A DNA stretch of 64,000 bases from Prevotella sp. UBA7551. Lineage in GTDB: Bacteria > Bacteroidota > Bacteroidia > Bacteroidales > Bacteroidaceae. The notes beneath the pieces were generated by a model. That model saw only the letters and a program-made list of their open reading frames with translations, ran no database searches and was not told where the DNA came from. The stretch covers positions 18,872-82,871 of the forward strand of contig DLLX01000017.1 in assembly GCA_002479145.1 (NCBI GenBank), in the 5' to 3' direction. Shown one piece after another: positions 10,136-20,564 of this stretch (the first letter of the stretch is position 1; each line of letters starts with the position of its first letter). Position numbers and translations under genes: made by a program.

Positions 10136-12094
10136 CTATAAAATGTTCTGCCCGAGTTTCTGTGCCATTACGTTACGGAAGTTCTGCCACTTCATGTATT
10201 CCTTCATTACCTCGCCTAATTCTTTCTCTCTCTCTGGATTTTCCTCCTCGGTGGAGTCGCTGGAGAGTTCCTTCAGTCTCTCCTCTTGCTCTTTGAGCCG
10301 CTGTTCGGCATAGTCCAGCCGGAAGTCCATGATGAGATGGCGCACCGTGTCGCGCAGTCTCTCCTCGCTCTCCTTCAGCTTCAGGCTGTCTGAGAGCTGG
10401 TAGGCGTCCACGCATAGGCTCGCTGCAAGGGCCTGAATCTCCACGTCGGGATGGTGCAGGAAGTAAGTCCTGGCGTCAAAAGCTCCCGTCTCCGACTGCT
10501 GCACGGCCTCGTCGAGGATGCGGTTGTAGAGCGGATGGGCAAAGGACAGGTTGTCCTGTGCCAAGTCGTAGGCGATATATTGCGCCACGTTCAGGTCGAG
10601 GTGCCGTCCTGTATTTTCATCCTCCACGTCGCGAATGATGACCTCGCCCCCATGGCGGATGACATATTCTATGAGCATCTTCTCCACCTTCGAGGCCTGC
10701 TGCACCGGCGTGGCCGGCTCCATGGGGCGCTGCTGCGGGGCTTGCCGTGCCTGCTCGCGCTGCTGCTCCCGCTGCCGCGTCTCCTTGCTCTGATAGATGA
10801 AGCGGTTCATCTGGGCAATCAGCGTGTCCTCGCGCACCCCCGTCCGCTGGGCGCATTCCCGCAGGTAGCTTGCCCGTATGATGGGGTCGTGGATGACGGC
10901 GATGCTCCTTACAATCTGGTTGACGGCCTCGGCGCGGCGTATGGGGTCGCTGACCCCATGCAGGAGGGTGTTGATCTCGAAGACGATGAAGTCGGTTCGG
11001 TTCTTCTCTATGAACTCCCGCAACTCTTCCGGCGTGTGGTTGCGCGCAAAATCGTCAGGGTCCTGGCCGTCGGGGAGGAAGAGCACCTTGACGTTCATGC
11101 CTTCGGAAAGCAGCAAGTCCGTGCCCCTTAGCGCGGCTTTCTGCCCGGCCTCGTCGCCATCGTAGACGAGAGTGACGTTGGGGGTAAAGCGGCGGATGAG
11201 CTTTATCTGTGGCTTGGTGAGCGCGGTGCCCGATCCTGCTACGACATTCTCCACTCCGCGCTGGTTCAGGCTGATGACATCGGCCTGCCCCTCAACGAGC
11301 AACGCCTCGCTACGCTTGCCCATCTCGCGCTTGGCCAGGTTAATGCCGTACAGCTCGTTGGTCTTATGATAAATTTCGGAGTCAGGAGAATTGACGTATT
11401 TCATGCTCACCCCGTGGGTGCGGGAATCGAGCACGCGCCCCGTAAACCCCACCACCTTGCCGCTGATGGTGATCCATGGGAAGATGACACGGCCCGCAAA
11501 TCGGTCGGTCAGCGAGCCGTCGTCGCGCTCATAGCACAGCCCTGACTTCACGAGAAACTCCTTCTGGTAGCCCTCACGCAGCGCGACGTCGGCCATGGCG
11601 TGGCCACCCGGCAAGCAGAATCCGAGCCGGAAGCGGCGGATGATGTCGTCGCGGAAGCCGCGCTGGCGGAAGTACTGCAAGCCGATGGCCTGTCCGTCGG
11701 GGTCGTTGTGCAGTGTGTCCTCGAAATATTTTGCCGCCCACTCATTGACCAGAAACAACGAATCGCGCTCTGTGGCCTGCCTTCGTTCCTCATCGGTCAG
11801 CTCCCTGTCGTGGATTTCTATGTGATAACGGTTGGCCAACCAACGCAACGCCTCGGGGTAAGTCTTCTGCTCATGCTTCATGATAAAGTTCACGGCGTTG
11901 CCTGCCGCGCCACAGGCGAAGCACTTGTACACGCCCCTCGACGGGCTGACGGAGAAGGATGGCGTGGTATCGTCGTGGAAAGGGCACAGTCCTTTGTAGC
12001 TTGTGCCGCGCTTGTGGAGCGTCACAAACTCGGAGATGACGTCGACAATGTCGGTCGCATCCATGATTCTGTCAATCGTTGCCCTGTCTATCAT
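10136..12094 (-). CDS. dnaG: DNA primase
   Basis: CPFHDD...CFAC zinc finger, KYVNSP, and TOPRIM motifs VEGQAD and YDGDEAG. Start ATG 12094. Confidence 0.96.
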   Translation of the reverse strand: MIDRATIDRIMDATDIVDVISEFVTLHKRGTSYKGLCPFHDDTTPSFSVSPSRGVYKCFACGAAGNAVNFIMKHEQKTYPEALRWLANRYHIEIHDRELTDEERRQATERDSLFLVNEWAAKYFEDTLHNDPDGQAIGLQYFRQRGFRDDIIRRFRLGFCLPGGHAMADVALREGYQKEFLVKSGLCYERDDGSLTDRFAGRVIFPWITISGKVVGFTGRVLDSRTHGVSMKYVNSPDSEIYHKTNELYGINLAKREMGKRSEALLVEGQADVISLNQRGVENVVAGSGTALTKPQIKLIRRFTPNVTLVYDGDEAGQKAALRGTDLLLSEGMNVKVLFLPDGQDPDDFARNHTPEELREFIEKNRTDFIVFEINTLLHGVSDPIRRAEAVNQIVRSIAVIHDPIIRASYLRECAQRTGVREDTLIAQMNRFIYQSKETRQREQQREQARQAPQQRPMEPATPVQQASKVEKMLIEYVIRHGGEVIIRDVEDENTGRHLDLNVAQYIAYDLAQDNLSFAHPLYNRILDEAVQQSETGAFDARTYFLHHPDVEIQALAASLCVDAYQLSDSLKLKESEERLRDTVRHLIMDFRLDYAEQRLKEQEERLKELSSDSTEEENPEREKELGEVMKEYMKWQNFRNVMAQKLGQNIL

Positions 12095-12284
12095 GTCCTC
12101 GCAAAGATAAGTCTGGCAGTGCTGGTGAGTGCTTTTGCGCAAATTGTCCGGCCACCGCCTACTCCTTGCAAAGATACTAACTTTTGGCCAACAAGCCAAC
12201 AAATGTGGACAATAAATCGCCGATAAGCTCAGCATGCCCATCTCGACGTTCATCACTGTCTGTCCAATGGCAAAATGTTAGGGC

Positions 12285-12350
12285 CTCTTTGGCGTTGTGA
12301 TATCGGCTCTATTGCCACGCGATACCAGCTATATCGCGACGCAATAGGGG
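12285..12350. repeat. Three degenerate 22-bp tandem units with near-palindromic cores
   Basis: ctctttggcgttgtgatatcgg / ctctattgccacgcgataccag / ctatatcgcgacgcaatagggg. Confidence 0.65.
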
Positions 12351-12601
12351 CTGAATGGCGCGGGAGGATAATTATTAACGTCTATTAATAATTAGAGTAA
12401 GCGGAAGTGGGTGATATGTAACGCTTTGACGTTAAAATGGTGACAATATGCTATTTTGTGATATTGAGAGGACTTCCGCACCCTTGATATTTTTCTTACC
12501 CGTCCGCCTTGCATCCCCTTGGAGACTAACCCATGCGGGGAAAAACATACGAAACTGAAAAGAAATGCGTACCTTTGCATGCCGAAAAAAGCAAGGAAGT
12601 C

Positions 12602-14080
12602 ATGCGCGAATATACTGACGAGGAGCTGGCAAAACTGCTCGACAAGGACATTTTTCATCATATTTCTGAAGCAGCCGACAACTTAGGCGTCGATTGTTAC
12701 GTCGTTGGCGGCTATGTACGCGACATTTTTCTGGAGCGACCATCCAACGACATTGACGTGGTAGTGGTCGGAAGCGGAATTGCCGTAGCCGAGAGGCTGA
12801 AGAAGATATTGGGAAAACGGGCGCATGTGAGCGTGTTCCGCAATTTCGGAACTGCTCAAGTGAAGTTCCGTGGCCTTGAGGTGGAGTTTGTGGGGGCACG
12901 GAAAGAGAGCTACAGTCACGATTCTCGGAAGCCTGTCGTCGAGGATGGGACGCTGGAAGACGACCAGAACCGCCGCGACTTTACCATCAATGCGATGGCC
13001 ATCTGTCTGAATAAGGCACGGTTTGGCGAGCTGGTTGACCCCTTCGACGGCATCGGCGACCTTTGGGAAGGAATCATCCGCACCCCGCTCGACCCCGACG
13101 TGACCTTCTCGGACGACCCGCTGCGGATGCTGCGTTGCATCCGGTTTGCCACGCAGCTGAACTTCTACATCGAGGAAGAAACCTTCAACGCCCTTGCGCG
13201 CAACGCCGAACGCATCCGGATCATCAGCGGGGAGCGCATCGCCGATGAGCTGTGCAAGATTGTAGCCTCGCAATATCCGAGCAAGGGTTTCGTTGAACTG
13301 CAACGCTGTGGGCTGCTTCAGCTTATCATTCCGGAACTGACCACCCTCGACATTGTGGAGACACGCCACGGCCGGGCGCACAAGAACAATTTCTACCACA
13401 CGCTGGAAGTGCTCGAGAATGTGGCCCGCGCTGAGGAGCGCGCCTATGCGAAAGCCAAGGAGGAGAACCCCGGGCTGCCGCCCTTCAAGGCCAATGTGTG
13501 GCTGCGCTGGGCCGCCCTTTTCCATGACATCGGCAAGCCCAAGAGCAAGCGGTGGGACAATCAGCAGGGATGGACGTTTCATAACCACAACGACATCGGG
13601 GCGCGCATGGTGCCAGAGGTGTTCAGAAGGCTGAAGCTCCCGCTCGACAGCAAGATGAAGTATGTGCAGAAACTGGTGGAATTGCACATGCGCCCTATAG
13701 CCATTGCCGACGACGTGGTGACCGACTCTGCCGTGAGAAGGCTCATCAACGATGCGGGCGACGACATCGACGACCTCATGATGCTCTGCGAGGCCGACAT
13801 AACGAGCAAGAACGAAGGGAGAAAGAAGCAGTTTTTGGAAAACTTCCGCATTGTCCGCGAGAAGATTGCCGACCTGAAGGAGCGCGACTACAAGCGGCTG
13901 CTGCAGCCCGTCATCGACGGCAACGAAATCATGGAGCTGTTTCATCTCCAGCCCTCGCGCGAGGTGGGCGTGCTCAAACAGACGCTCAAGGAGGCCGTAC
14001 TGGAGAACGTGGTGCCCAATGAGCGCGAGCCACTGATGGAGCTTCTCAAGAAGAAGGCCAAGGAGTTGGGTGTAGGCTGA
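12602..14080 (+). CDS. cca: CCA tRNA nucleotidyltransferase with HD domain
   Basis: VGGYVRD, DIDV, RRDFTINA, DDPLRMLR and FHDIGK motifs; promoter-like TACCTTTG upstream. Confidence 0.9.
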   Translation: MREYTDEELAKLLDKDIFHHISEAADNLGVDCYVVGGYVRDIFLERPSNDIDVVVVGSGIAVAERLKKILGKRAHVSVFRNFGTAQVKFRGLEVEFVGARKESYSHDSRKPVVEDGTLEDDQNRRDFTINAMAICLNKARFGELVDPFDGIGDLWEGIIRTPLDPDVTFSDDPLRMLRCIRFATQLNFYIEEETFNALARNAERIRIISGERIADELCKIVASQYPSKGFVELQRCGLLQLIIPELTTLDIVETRHGRAHKNNFYHTLEVLENVARAEERAYAKAKEENPGLPPFKANVWLRWAALFHDIGKPKSKRWDNQQGWTFHNHNDIGARMVPEVFRRLKLPLDSKMKYVQKLVELHMRPIAIADDVVTDSAVRRLINDAGDDIDDLMMLCEADITSKNEGRKKQFLENFRIVREKIADLKERDYKRLLQPVIDGNEIMELFHLQPSREVGVLKQTLKEAVLENVVPNEREPLMELLKKKAKELGVG

Positions 14081-14213
14081 ATCCCTATGCCCCGAAAAGT
14101 CTATGTCGTATGGGTTAGCATAGGGAAGATACGTTGTCTTTGGGACATTACTAACTCTGAATAATTATAGTTAAAAATACTTGCTTGGCCGCACCATTCC
14201 AATGGGAATTGGC

Positions 14214-14221
14214 TAATTTTG
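14214..14221 (+). promoter_or_regulatory. Bacteroidota -7 promoter element for the efflux operon
   Basis: TAATTTTG matches the TAnnTTTG consensus. Confidence 0.65.
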
Positions 14222-14343
14222 CAGTGGTGAAAACTAACGGCAACGTTCCGGTTTTCGTCATCCCGCTGCCAATCAGCGGATTAGTTATCCGGGATGATAT
14301 ATTGTACGTTTTCAGAAACATAAAATAGACATTAATTATAGGT

Positions 14344-15684
14344 ATGAAGAAAAACAAGTTTTTGCTGTTTGCTGCCATGGCAGTGGCAGTGCTTACGAGT
14401 TGTGGTGGCGGTCAACAAGGGCTGCCCACGAGCAACGAGTATCCCGTGGTTACCATTGGTCCGGCCAACGCCCAGTTGAAGACCACTTACCCGGCAACCA
14501 TCAAAGGTGTTCAGGATGTTGAGGTGCGCCCGAAGGTTTCGGGCTTCATCACCCAGCTCAATGTGCATGAGGGTCAGGCCGTGCGTGCCGGTCAGGTGCT
14601 CTTTGTAGTCGACAACGCCACCTATCAGGCTGCCGTGCGTGCGGCACAGGCACAGGTAGGCCAGGCCCAGGCCAGTGTGCGCTCAGCCCAGTCGGGCATT
14701 CAGACGGCCGCTGCCACCCTCAATTCGGCGCAGGCACAGGCCGCGACGGCCAAGCTGACCTACACCAACAGCCAGAATCTGTACAATAACAAGGTCATTG
14801 GCGACTACGAGTTGCAGACCGCCCGCAACAGTTACCTCACCGCAGAGGCCGCTGTGCGCCAGGCGAAGAGTAGCGTTGCCTCCGCCAATGCGGGCGTGAA
14901 GCAGGCGCAGGCAGCCGTCGCCACGGCACAGGCACAGCTTGCCACGGCCAAGGAGAACCTCTCTTTCTGCTACGTCAAGAGCCCGGCCAACGGCGTGGTG
15001 GGCAGTCTGCCCTACAAGGTGGGCGCGCTGGTGAGCCCGTCGTCGGCACAGCCCGTCACGACGGTGAGCGATGCATCGACCGTGGAGGTCTTCTTCTCCA
15101 TGTCGGAGAGTGATGTCCTCTCCCTCACCCGCAACAGAAATGGGCTTGCAGGGGTCATCAGCAGCTTCCCGCCGCTGAGCCTTCAGCTCACCGACGGCTC
15201 CATCTATAATCATCAAGGAACAGTCGTGAAGACCTCTGGAATCTTCGATCCAACAACGGGTACGTTGTCCATCATTGCCCGATTCCCCAACCCGGAGCAC
15301 CTGCTCAAGAGCGGTGCCGCTGGACAGGTGGTGGTGGCGAAGAGCAACAACCGCGCTATCCTCGTTCCGATGGAGGCCACATCGCAGGTGCAAGACAAGT
15401 ACTTCGTGTATAAAGTCGACGGTCAGGGCAAGGTGCACTATACGGAAATCACCGTGGAACCACAGAATGACGGCACCAACTACATTGTGACCAGCGGACT
15501 GAAGATGGGAGACCGAATTGTGACCAAGGGTATATCGGGACTGACCGACGGCCAGGCCATCAAGGCCATTACGCCACAAGAGTATGAGGCCGCGATGAAG
15601 AAGGCGGCTGAACTCGGCGCACAACAAGGCTCGTCAAAGGGATTCCTCGATGCCATGACGGGCAAGGAAGACAAAGACAAGTAA
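14344..15684 (+). CDS. RND efflux periplasmic adaptor (MFP) lipoprotein
   Basis: Lipobox VLTSC, VEVRPKVSG, EGQAVRAGQVLF, a long AQ-rich hairpin and VKSPANGVVG. Confidence 0.93.
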   Translation: MKKNKFLLFAAMAVAVLTSCGGGQQGLPTSNEYPVVTIGPANAQLKTTYPATIKGVQDVEVRPKVSGFITQLNVHEGQAVRAGQVLFVVDNATYQAAVRAAQAQVGQAQASVRSAQSGIQTAAATLNSAQAQAATAKLTYTNSQNLYNNKVIGDYELQTARNSYLTAEAAVRQAKSSVASANAGVKQAQAAVATAQAQLATAKENLSFCYVKSPANGVVGSLPYKVGALVSPSSAQPVTTVSDASTVEVFFSMSESDVLSLTRNRNGLAGVISSFPPLSLQLTDGSIYNHQGTVVKTSGIFDPTTGTLSIIARFPNPEHLLKSGAAGQVVVAKSNNRAILVPMEATSQVQDKYFVYKVDGQGKVHYTEITVEPQNDGTNYIVTSGLKMGDRIVTKGISGLTDGQAIKAITPQEYEAAMKKAAELGAQQGSSKGFLDAMTGKEDKDK

Positions 15685-15756
15685 ACCAAGAGCGCGCCAT
15701 CAAGGGGAGGTGATTTCTCCTTATTAATATATGGCCAACATATAAAATAGAACAAC

Positions 15757-18700
15757 ATGACATTTACGAATTTTATCAAGCGGCCGGTACTCTCGACGGT
15801 GGTCTCCATTTTCTTCGTACTCTTGGGTACGATCGGACTGGTGTCACTGCCTATCGAGCAGTATCCTAATATTGCGCCGCCTACCATAAGCGTGATGGCC
15901 ACCTACCCGGGTGCTGATGCACAGACGGTGCTCAACTCTGTGGTGGCCCCGTTGGAGGAGAGCATCAACGGTGTGGAGAACATGACGTACATGACCTCAT
16001 CGGCAAGCAACTCCGGAATGGCCCAGATTACCGTCTTCTTTAAGCAAGGATCCGATCCGGATATGGCAGCCGTCAATGTGAACAACCGTGTGCAGCAATC
16101 TCAGGCTTTGCTGCCGGCGGAGGTGACCAAGTCGGGTGTGACGGTGTCGAAACGGCAAAGTTCCAACGTCATCATGTACTCGCTTACTTCCGACGACGGA
16201 CGCTATGACTCGAAGTTCCTGAACAACTACAACAGCATCAACGTGGCGCCGGCACTGAAACGTATCAATGGTGTGGGCGATGTGCAGAGCCCTTCCACCG
16301 CCGACTACACGATGCGTATCTGGCTTGACCCGGCAAAGATGAAGGCCTATGGCCTGATGCCGTCCAATATCACCACCGCTCTTGCGGAGCAAAACGTTGA
16401 GGCTTCGCCGGGTACGATCGGTGAACAGAGCGACGTGGCCTATGAATACACCCTGCGATACAAGGGAAGGCTGAAGACTCCAGAGGAGTATGGCGACATC
16501 ATCTTGACCAGTAATACCGATGGTCAGACGCTCCATCTGCGCGATGTAGCCAAGATAGAGCTGGGTCAGCAGAGCTACAACGTGCAGCTGAAGAACAATG
16601 GCCAGCCTGCCGTGATGGGTATGGTGCAGCAGATTGCTGGTTCCAATGCCACCCAGATAGCCAAGGACGTGAAGGCTGAGCTGGAGAATCAGGCCAAGAA
16701 CTTCCCCCCGGGATTGAAATATACCATTGAGCAGGATGTGACGGAGTTCCTCTTCGCATCCATTGAGGAGGTGATTGTCACACTGTTTATCACCCTCTTG
16801 CTCGTGTTCTTCGTCGTTTATATCTTCTTGCAAGACTTCCGCTCGACGTTGATTCCTATGATTGCCGTGCCTGTCGCGTTGATTGGTACGTTCTTCTTCC
16901 TGTGGATATTTGGCTTCTCCATCAACTTGCTGACACTCTCGGCCCTGCTTTTGGCCATTGCCATTGTGGTCGATGATGCCATCGTGGTGGTCGAGGCTGT
17001 GCATGCGAAGCTCGACATGGGCTACAAGAGTGCGCTTACGGCCAGTATCGATGCCATGAATGAGATCTCGGGTGCCATCATCTCCATCACGCTGGTGATG
17101 TCGGCAGTGTTCGTCCCTGTGTCGTTCATCGGAGGAATGAGCGGTACTTTCTACCGAGAGTTTGGTATTACGATGGCCATCTCCATCTTGATTTCTGCTG
17201 TCAACGCCTTGACATTGTCCCCTGCGCTCTGTGCTATCTTCCTGAAACCAAAGGATGAGGAGCTGAAGGCCGAGGGCAAAGGAAAGACTTCGTTCGTTGG
17301 ACGCTTCCATGAGGGCTTCAACCGCACCTTTGAAAAGGTGACCAACAAATACAAGAAGGGCGTGCAACGCTTTATCAACAACCACATTCTTACGGGAGTT
17401 TCCGTTGTCGTGGGCATTATAGCCCTGGTATTCTTCATGGGAACGACCAAGACTGGCCTTGTGCCTGACGAGGATACGGGTACGCTTTTCGTCACCGTTT
17501 CGCTTCCGCCATCGACCGGTCAGGACAAGACCTTGCAGGTGGGTGAGCAGATTGACGCCATGTTGGCTACCAACCCGTGGATTGAGCGTCGTGAGATGAT
17601 CGCCGGTTATAACTTCATCGCTGGTGCTGGATCAGACCAGGCCACCTTCATTGTGAAGCTGAAGCCTTTCAGTGAGCGCAAATGGGGCATGTTCGACCGT
17701 ATCAAGTCGGTGTTCACTGGAGCTGGCATTGCTGGCTTGTTTATCGATCCATCCAGTTCCAACTCTGTGCTGGGGATGATTTATAAGCAGACTGCTACCA
17801 TCAAGGGCGCCCAGATTCTGGCCTTCGCACCGCCTATGGTGTCGGGTTTCTCGGCTACCAACGGTCTTACGTTTACCTTGGAGGATCGTACGGGTGGAGA
17901 CTTAAACAAGTTCTTTAGCGTGACACAGCAATTCCTTGCAGAATTGAATAAGCGCAAGGAAATACAAAAGGGCATGACGTCATACAACCCGAACTACCCT
18001 CAGTACATGGTCAATATCGATGTGGCCAAGGCAAAGCAGGCCGGCACATCGCCCCAAGCCATCCTCTCCACCCTGTCGGGTTATTTCGGAGGACAGTACG
18101 CCAGCAACTTCAACGCTTACGGAAAGCTCTACCGTGTGTATATACAAGCGGCACCAGAAAACCGCATGACGATTGATGACCTCAACAATGTGTATGTTAA
18201 AACCAATGACGGCATGTCGCCAGTGAGTGAGTTTGTGACATTGAAGCGAACTTACGGGCCTTCGAGTATCAACCGCTTCAACCTGTTCACCGCCATCAAT
18301 ATCAATGCCAGCGCGGCTGATGGGTACTCTTCTGGCCAGGCTATTCAGGCCGTGGAGGAGGTGGCCAAGCAGACACTTCCAGACGGATACACCTATGAAT
18401 ACTCTGGATTGACAAGATCGGAGCAGGAGTCGAGCAATTCCACAGGACTCATCTTTGCGCTCTGCTTCGTGTTCGTCTACTTGATTCTTTCGGCACAATA
18501 CGAGAGCTATCTGTTGCCTTTGGCTGTGTTGCTTTCCGTTCCGTTCGGACTTGCGGGCGCATTCATCTTCACGCAGCTATTCGGTCATAGCAACGACATA
18601 TACATGCAGATCTCGTTGATTATGTTGATTGGTCTGCTGGCCAAGAATGCCATCCTTATCGTACAGTTCGCCCTCGAGCGCCGTCAGACAGGTATGGCCA

Positions 18701-19038
18701 TCCGCTATGCCGCCATCCTTGGTGCTGTCGCCCGTCTGCGCCCTATCCTCATGACCTCTCTGGCCATGGTTATTGGTTTGCTTCCTCTGATGTTCGCGTC
18801 GGGTGTGGGTCGCAATGGAAACCAAACCCTTGGCGCTGCAGCAGTAGGTGGTATGTTGATTGGTACGATATGTCAGTTGTTTGTTGTGCCGGCTTTGTTC
18901 GCCATCTTCCAATGGTTGCAGGAGCGTATCAAGCCTATCGATTTCCATGATGAGGAGAACGAGGAAGTGGCACGTGAGCTGGAGCAGTACGCCAATGGCC
19001 CTGCCGGCGACTATAAGGTGGACAACGCACCCATGTAA
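15757..19038 (+). CDS. RND efflux permease (HAE1/AcrB family)
   Basis: FIKRPV, LPIEQYPNIAPP, AIAIVVDDAIVVVE, KNAILIV and RLRPILMTS motifs. Confidence 0.96.
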   Translation: MTFTNFIKRPVLSTVVSIFFVLLGTIGLVSLPIEQYPNIAPPTISVMATYPGADAQTVLNSVVAPLEESINGVENMTYMTSSASNSGMAQITVFFKQGSDPDMAAVNVNNRVQQSQALLPAEVTKSGVTVSKRQSSNVIMYSLTSDDGRYDSKFLNNYNSINVAPALKRINGVGDVQSPSTADYTMRIWLDPAKMKAYGLMPSNITTALAEQNVEASPGTIGEQSDVAYEYTLRYKGRLKTPEEYGDIILTSNTDGQTLHLRDVAKIELGQQSYNVQLKNNGQPAVMGMVQQIAGSNATQIAKDVKAELENQAKNFPPGLKYTIEQDVTEFLFASIEEVIVTLFITLLLVFFVVYIFLQDFRSTLIPMIAVPVALIGTFFFLWIFGFSINLLTLSALLLAIAIVVDDAIVVVEAVHAKLDMGYKSALTASIDAMNEISGAIISITLVMSAVFVPVSFIGGMSGTFYREFGITMAISILISAVNALTLSPALCAIFLKPKDEELKAEGKGKTSFVGRFHEGFNRTFEKVTNKYKKGVQRFINNHILTGVSVVVGIIALVFFMGTTKTGLVPDEDTGTLFVTVSLPPSTGQDKTLQVGEQIDAMLATNPWIERREMIAGYNFIAGAGSDQATFIVKLKPFSERKWGMFDRIKSVFTGAGIAGLFIDPSSSNSVLGMIYKQTATIKGAQILAFAPPMVSGFSATNGLTFTLEDRTGGDLNKFFSVTQQFLAELNKRKEIQKGMTSYNPNYPQYMVNIDVAKAKQAGTSPQAILSTLSGYFGGQYASNFNAYGKLYRVYIQAAPENRMTIDDLNNVYVKTNDGMSPVSEFVTLKRTYGPSSINRFNLFTAININASAADGYSSGQAIQAVEEVAKQTLPDGYTYEYSGLTRSEQESSNSTGLIFALCFVFVYLILSAQYESYLLPLAVLLSVPFGLAGAFIFTQLFGHSNDIYMQISLIMLIGLLAKNAILIVQFALERRQTGMAIRYAAILGAVARLRPILMTSLAMVIGLLPLMFASGVGRNGNQTLGAAAVGGMLIGTICQLFVVPALFAIFQWLQERIKPIDFHDEENEEVARELEQYANGPAGDYKVDNAPM

Positions 19039-19045
19039 ACAGGAA

Positions 19046-19101
19046 AACATCCCATTCCCCCTCCCCGTTTCCTGACGGAGAAGGGCAGGGGAGGGGATGT
19101 T
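19046..19101 (+). other. GC-rich intercistronic hairpin between the RND and outer membrane factor genes
   Basis: AACATCCC-ATTCCCC ... GGGGA-GGGGATGTT imperfect inverted repeat. Confidence 0.5.
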
Positions 19102-19139
19102 CGGACAATTTAATAAGGATTCTTATAACATTAGATAAT

Positions 19140-20546
19140 ATGACAATCAAGAATATGACGCGCATGACCGGTGGCCGCTTGGTGCTCTTGGCCAGTCTCG
19201 CCACGCTCTCGTTGACGGGATGCAAGAGTCTCTATGGCGACTATGAGCGTCCTGATGTGAAGACGGACGGCATCGTGCGCGACCCGGTTAACGACAAGGC
19301 GTCGCTGGAGGGGAGCAATGATTTCGGCAACCTCCCTTGGCGCAGTGTCTTCACAGACCCTCAGTTGCAGACCCTAATTGAAAAGGCCTTGGCCAACAAC
19401 CCCGACCTCCTCAATGCCATGCTCAACGTGGATATGGCTGAGTCACAGCTCAAGGCAGCTAAGCTCGCCTTCCTCCCGTCGGTCACAGTCAGCCCTACGG
19501 GAACACTTACCCACATGGGGGAGCATGCTGAAGCCTCAAAAATCTATTCGCTTCCCATTACAGCCAGCTGGAATGCCGACCTCTTTGGAACCCTCCGCAA
19601 TTCCAAAAAGTCTACAGCAATGTCGCTGCTCCAAACCAAAGACTATCAGGTTTCGGTGCAAACACGGCTGATTAGCAATGTGGCCAACCTATATTACACG
19701 CTTCTTATGCTTGACAAGCAGATGGAAATCGTCAATGATATGGAAGGTCTGACCAAGGATACTTGGGACATGATGAAGCTTCAGATGGAGTTTGGACGCG
19801 CCCGTTCGACCAGTGTGCAGAGTGCTGAGGCGGCTTATTACAGCGTGAAGAACCAGGCTGTGGACCTCAAACGTCAAATTCGAGAGAGCGAAAACTCCCT
19901 TAGTCTTCTGCTTGGTGAGCCGGCACAGACCATTGCCCGAGGAAAACTCGACGGGCAGTCGCTCCCAGAAAACTATGCAAAGGGCGTGGGTGTGGAGCTG
20001 TTGAGTAACCGTGCCGACGTGCATGCCAATGAGATGGCACTCGCCAGCTGCTTCTATGATGTGCAGACTGCACGCAGTCGCTTCTATCCTTCCATTTCCA
20101 TCACAGCCAATGGAGGCTGGACGAATGGGCAGGGAACAATAAATCCGGCCAAGTTCCTGGTGCAAGCCATCGGCACACTGACCCAACCGATTTTCATGAA
20201 AGGGCAGTTGAAGGCGGGACTTCGTGTGGCAGAAGACAAGTACAAGCAGGCTTACAACACCTGGCAGAACTCAATTCTTTCGGCAGGATCGGAGGTAAGC
20301 AACGCATTGGTGGCCTACAACTCGGCCAAGCAAAGCGAGGAACTGGAGCAGAAGCGCATCGATGTGCTCAAGAAAAACGTCGATGACACCGAGCTCCTGT
20401 ACAAGCAAAGCTCCAGCACATACCTTGAAGTCATTACGGCTCAGCAGAATTTGCTCAATGCCCAGATTTCACAGGTGCAGGATCAGTTCACAAAATTGCA
20501 GTCCATCGTCAACCTGTATTATGCCCTTGGTGGCGGAAGCAAATAA
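19140..20546 (+). CDS. Efflux outer membrane factor (OprM/TolC family) lipoprotein
   Basis: Lipobox LTGC, WRSVFTDPQLQTLIEKALANNPDL, ELLSNRADV and LYYALGGG. Confidence 0.94.
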   Translation: MTIKNMTRMTGGRLVLLASLATLSLTGCKSLYGDYERPDVKTDGIVRDPVNDKASLEGSNDFGNLPWRSVFTDPQLQTLIEKALANNPDLLNAMLNVDMAESQLKAAKLAFLPSVTVSPTGTLTHMGEHAEASKIYSLPITASWNADLFGTLRNSKKSTAMSLLQTKDYQVSVQTRLISNVANLYYTLLMLDKQMEIVNDMEGLTKDTWDMMKLQMEFGRARSTSVQSAEAAYYSVKNQAVDLKRQIRESENSLSLLLGEPAQTIARGKLDGQSLPENYAKGVGVELLSNRADVHANEMALASCFYDVQTARSRFYPSISITANGGWTNGQGTINPAKFLVQAIGTLTQPIFMKGQLKAGLRVAEDKYKQAYNTWQNSILSAGSEVSNALVAYNSAKQSEELEQKRIDVLKKNVDDTELLYKQSSSTYLEVITAQQNLLNAQISQVQDQFTKLQSIVNLYYALGGGSK

Positions 20547-20564
20547 TTATAAGACAGAAAGATT

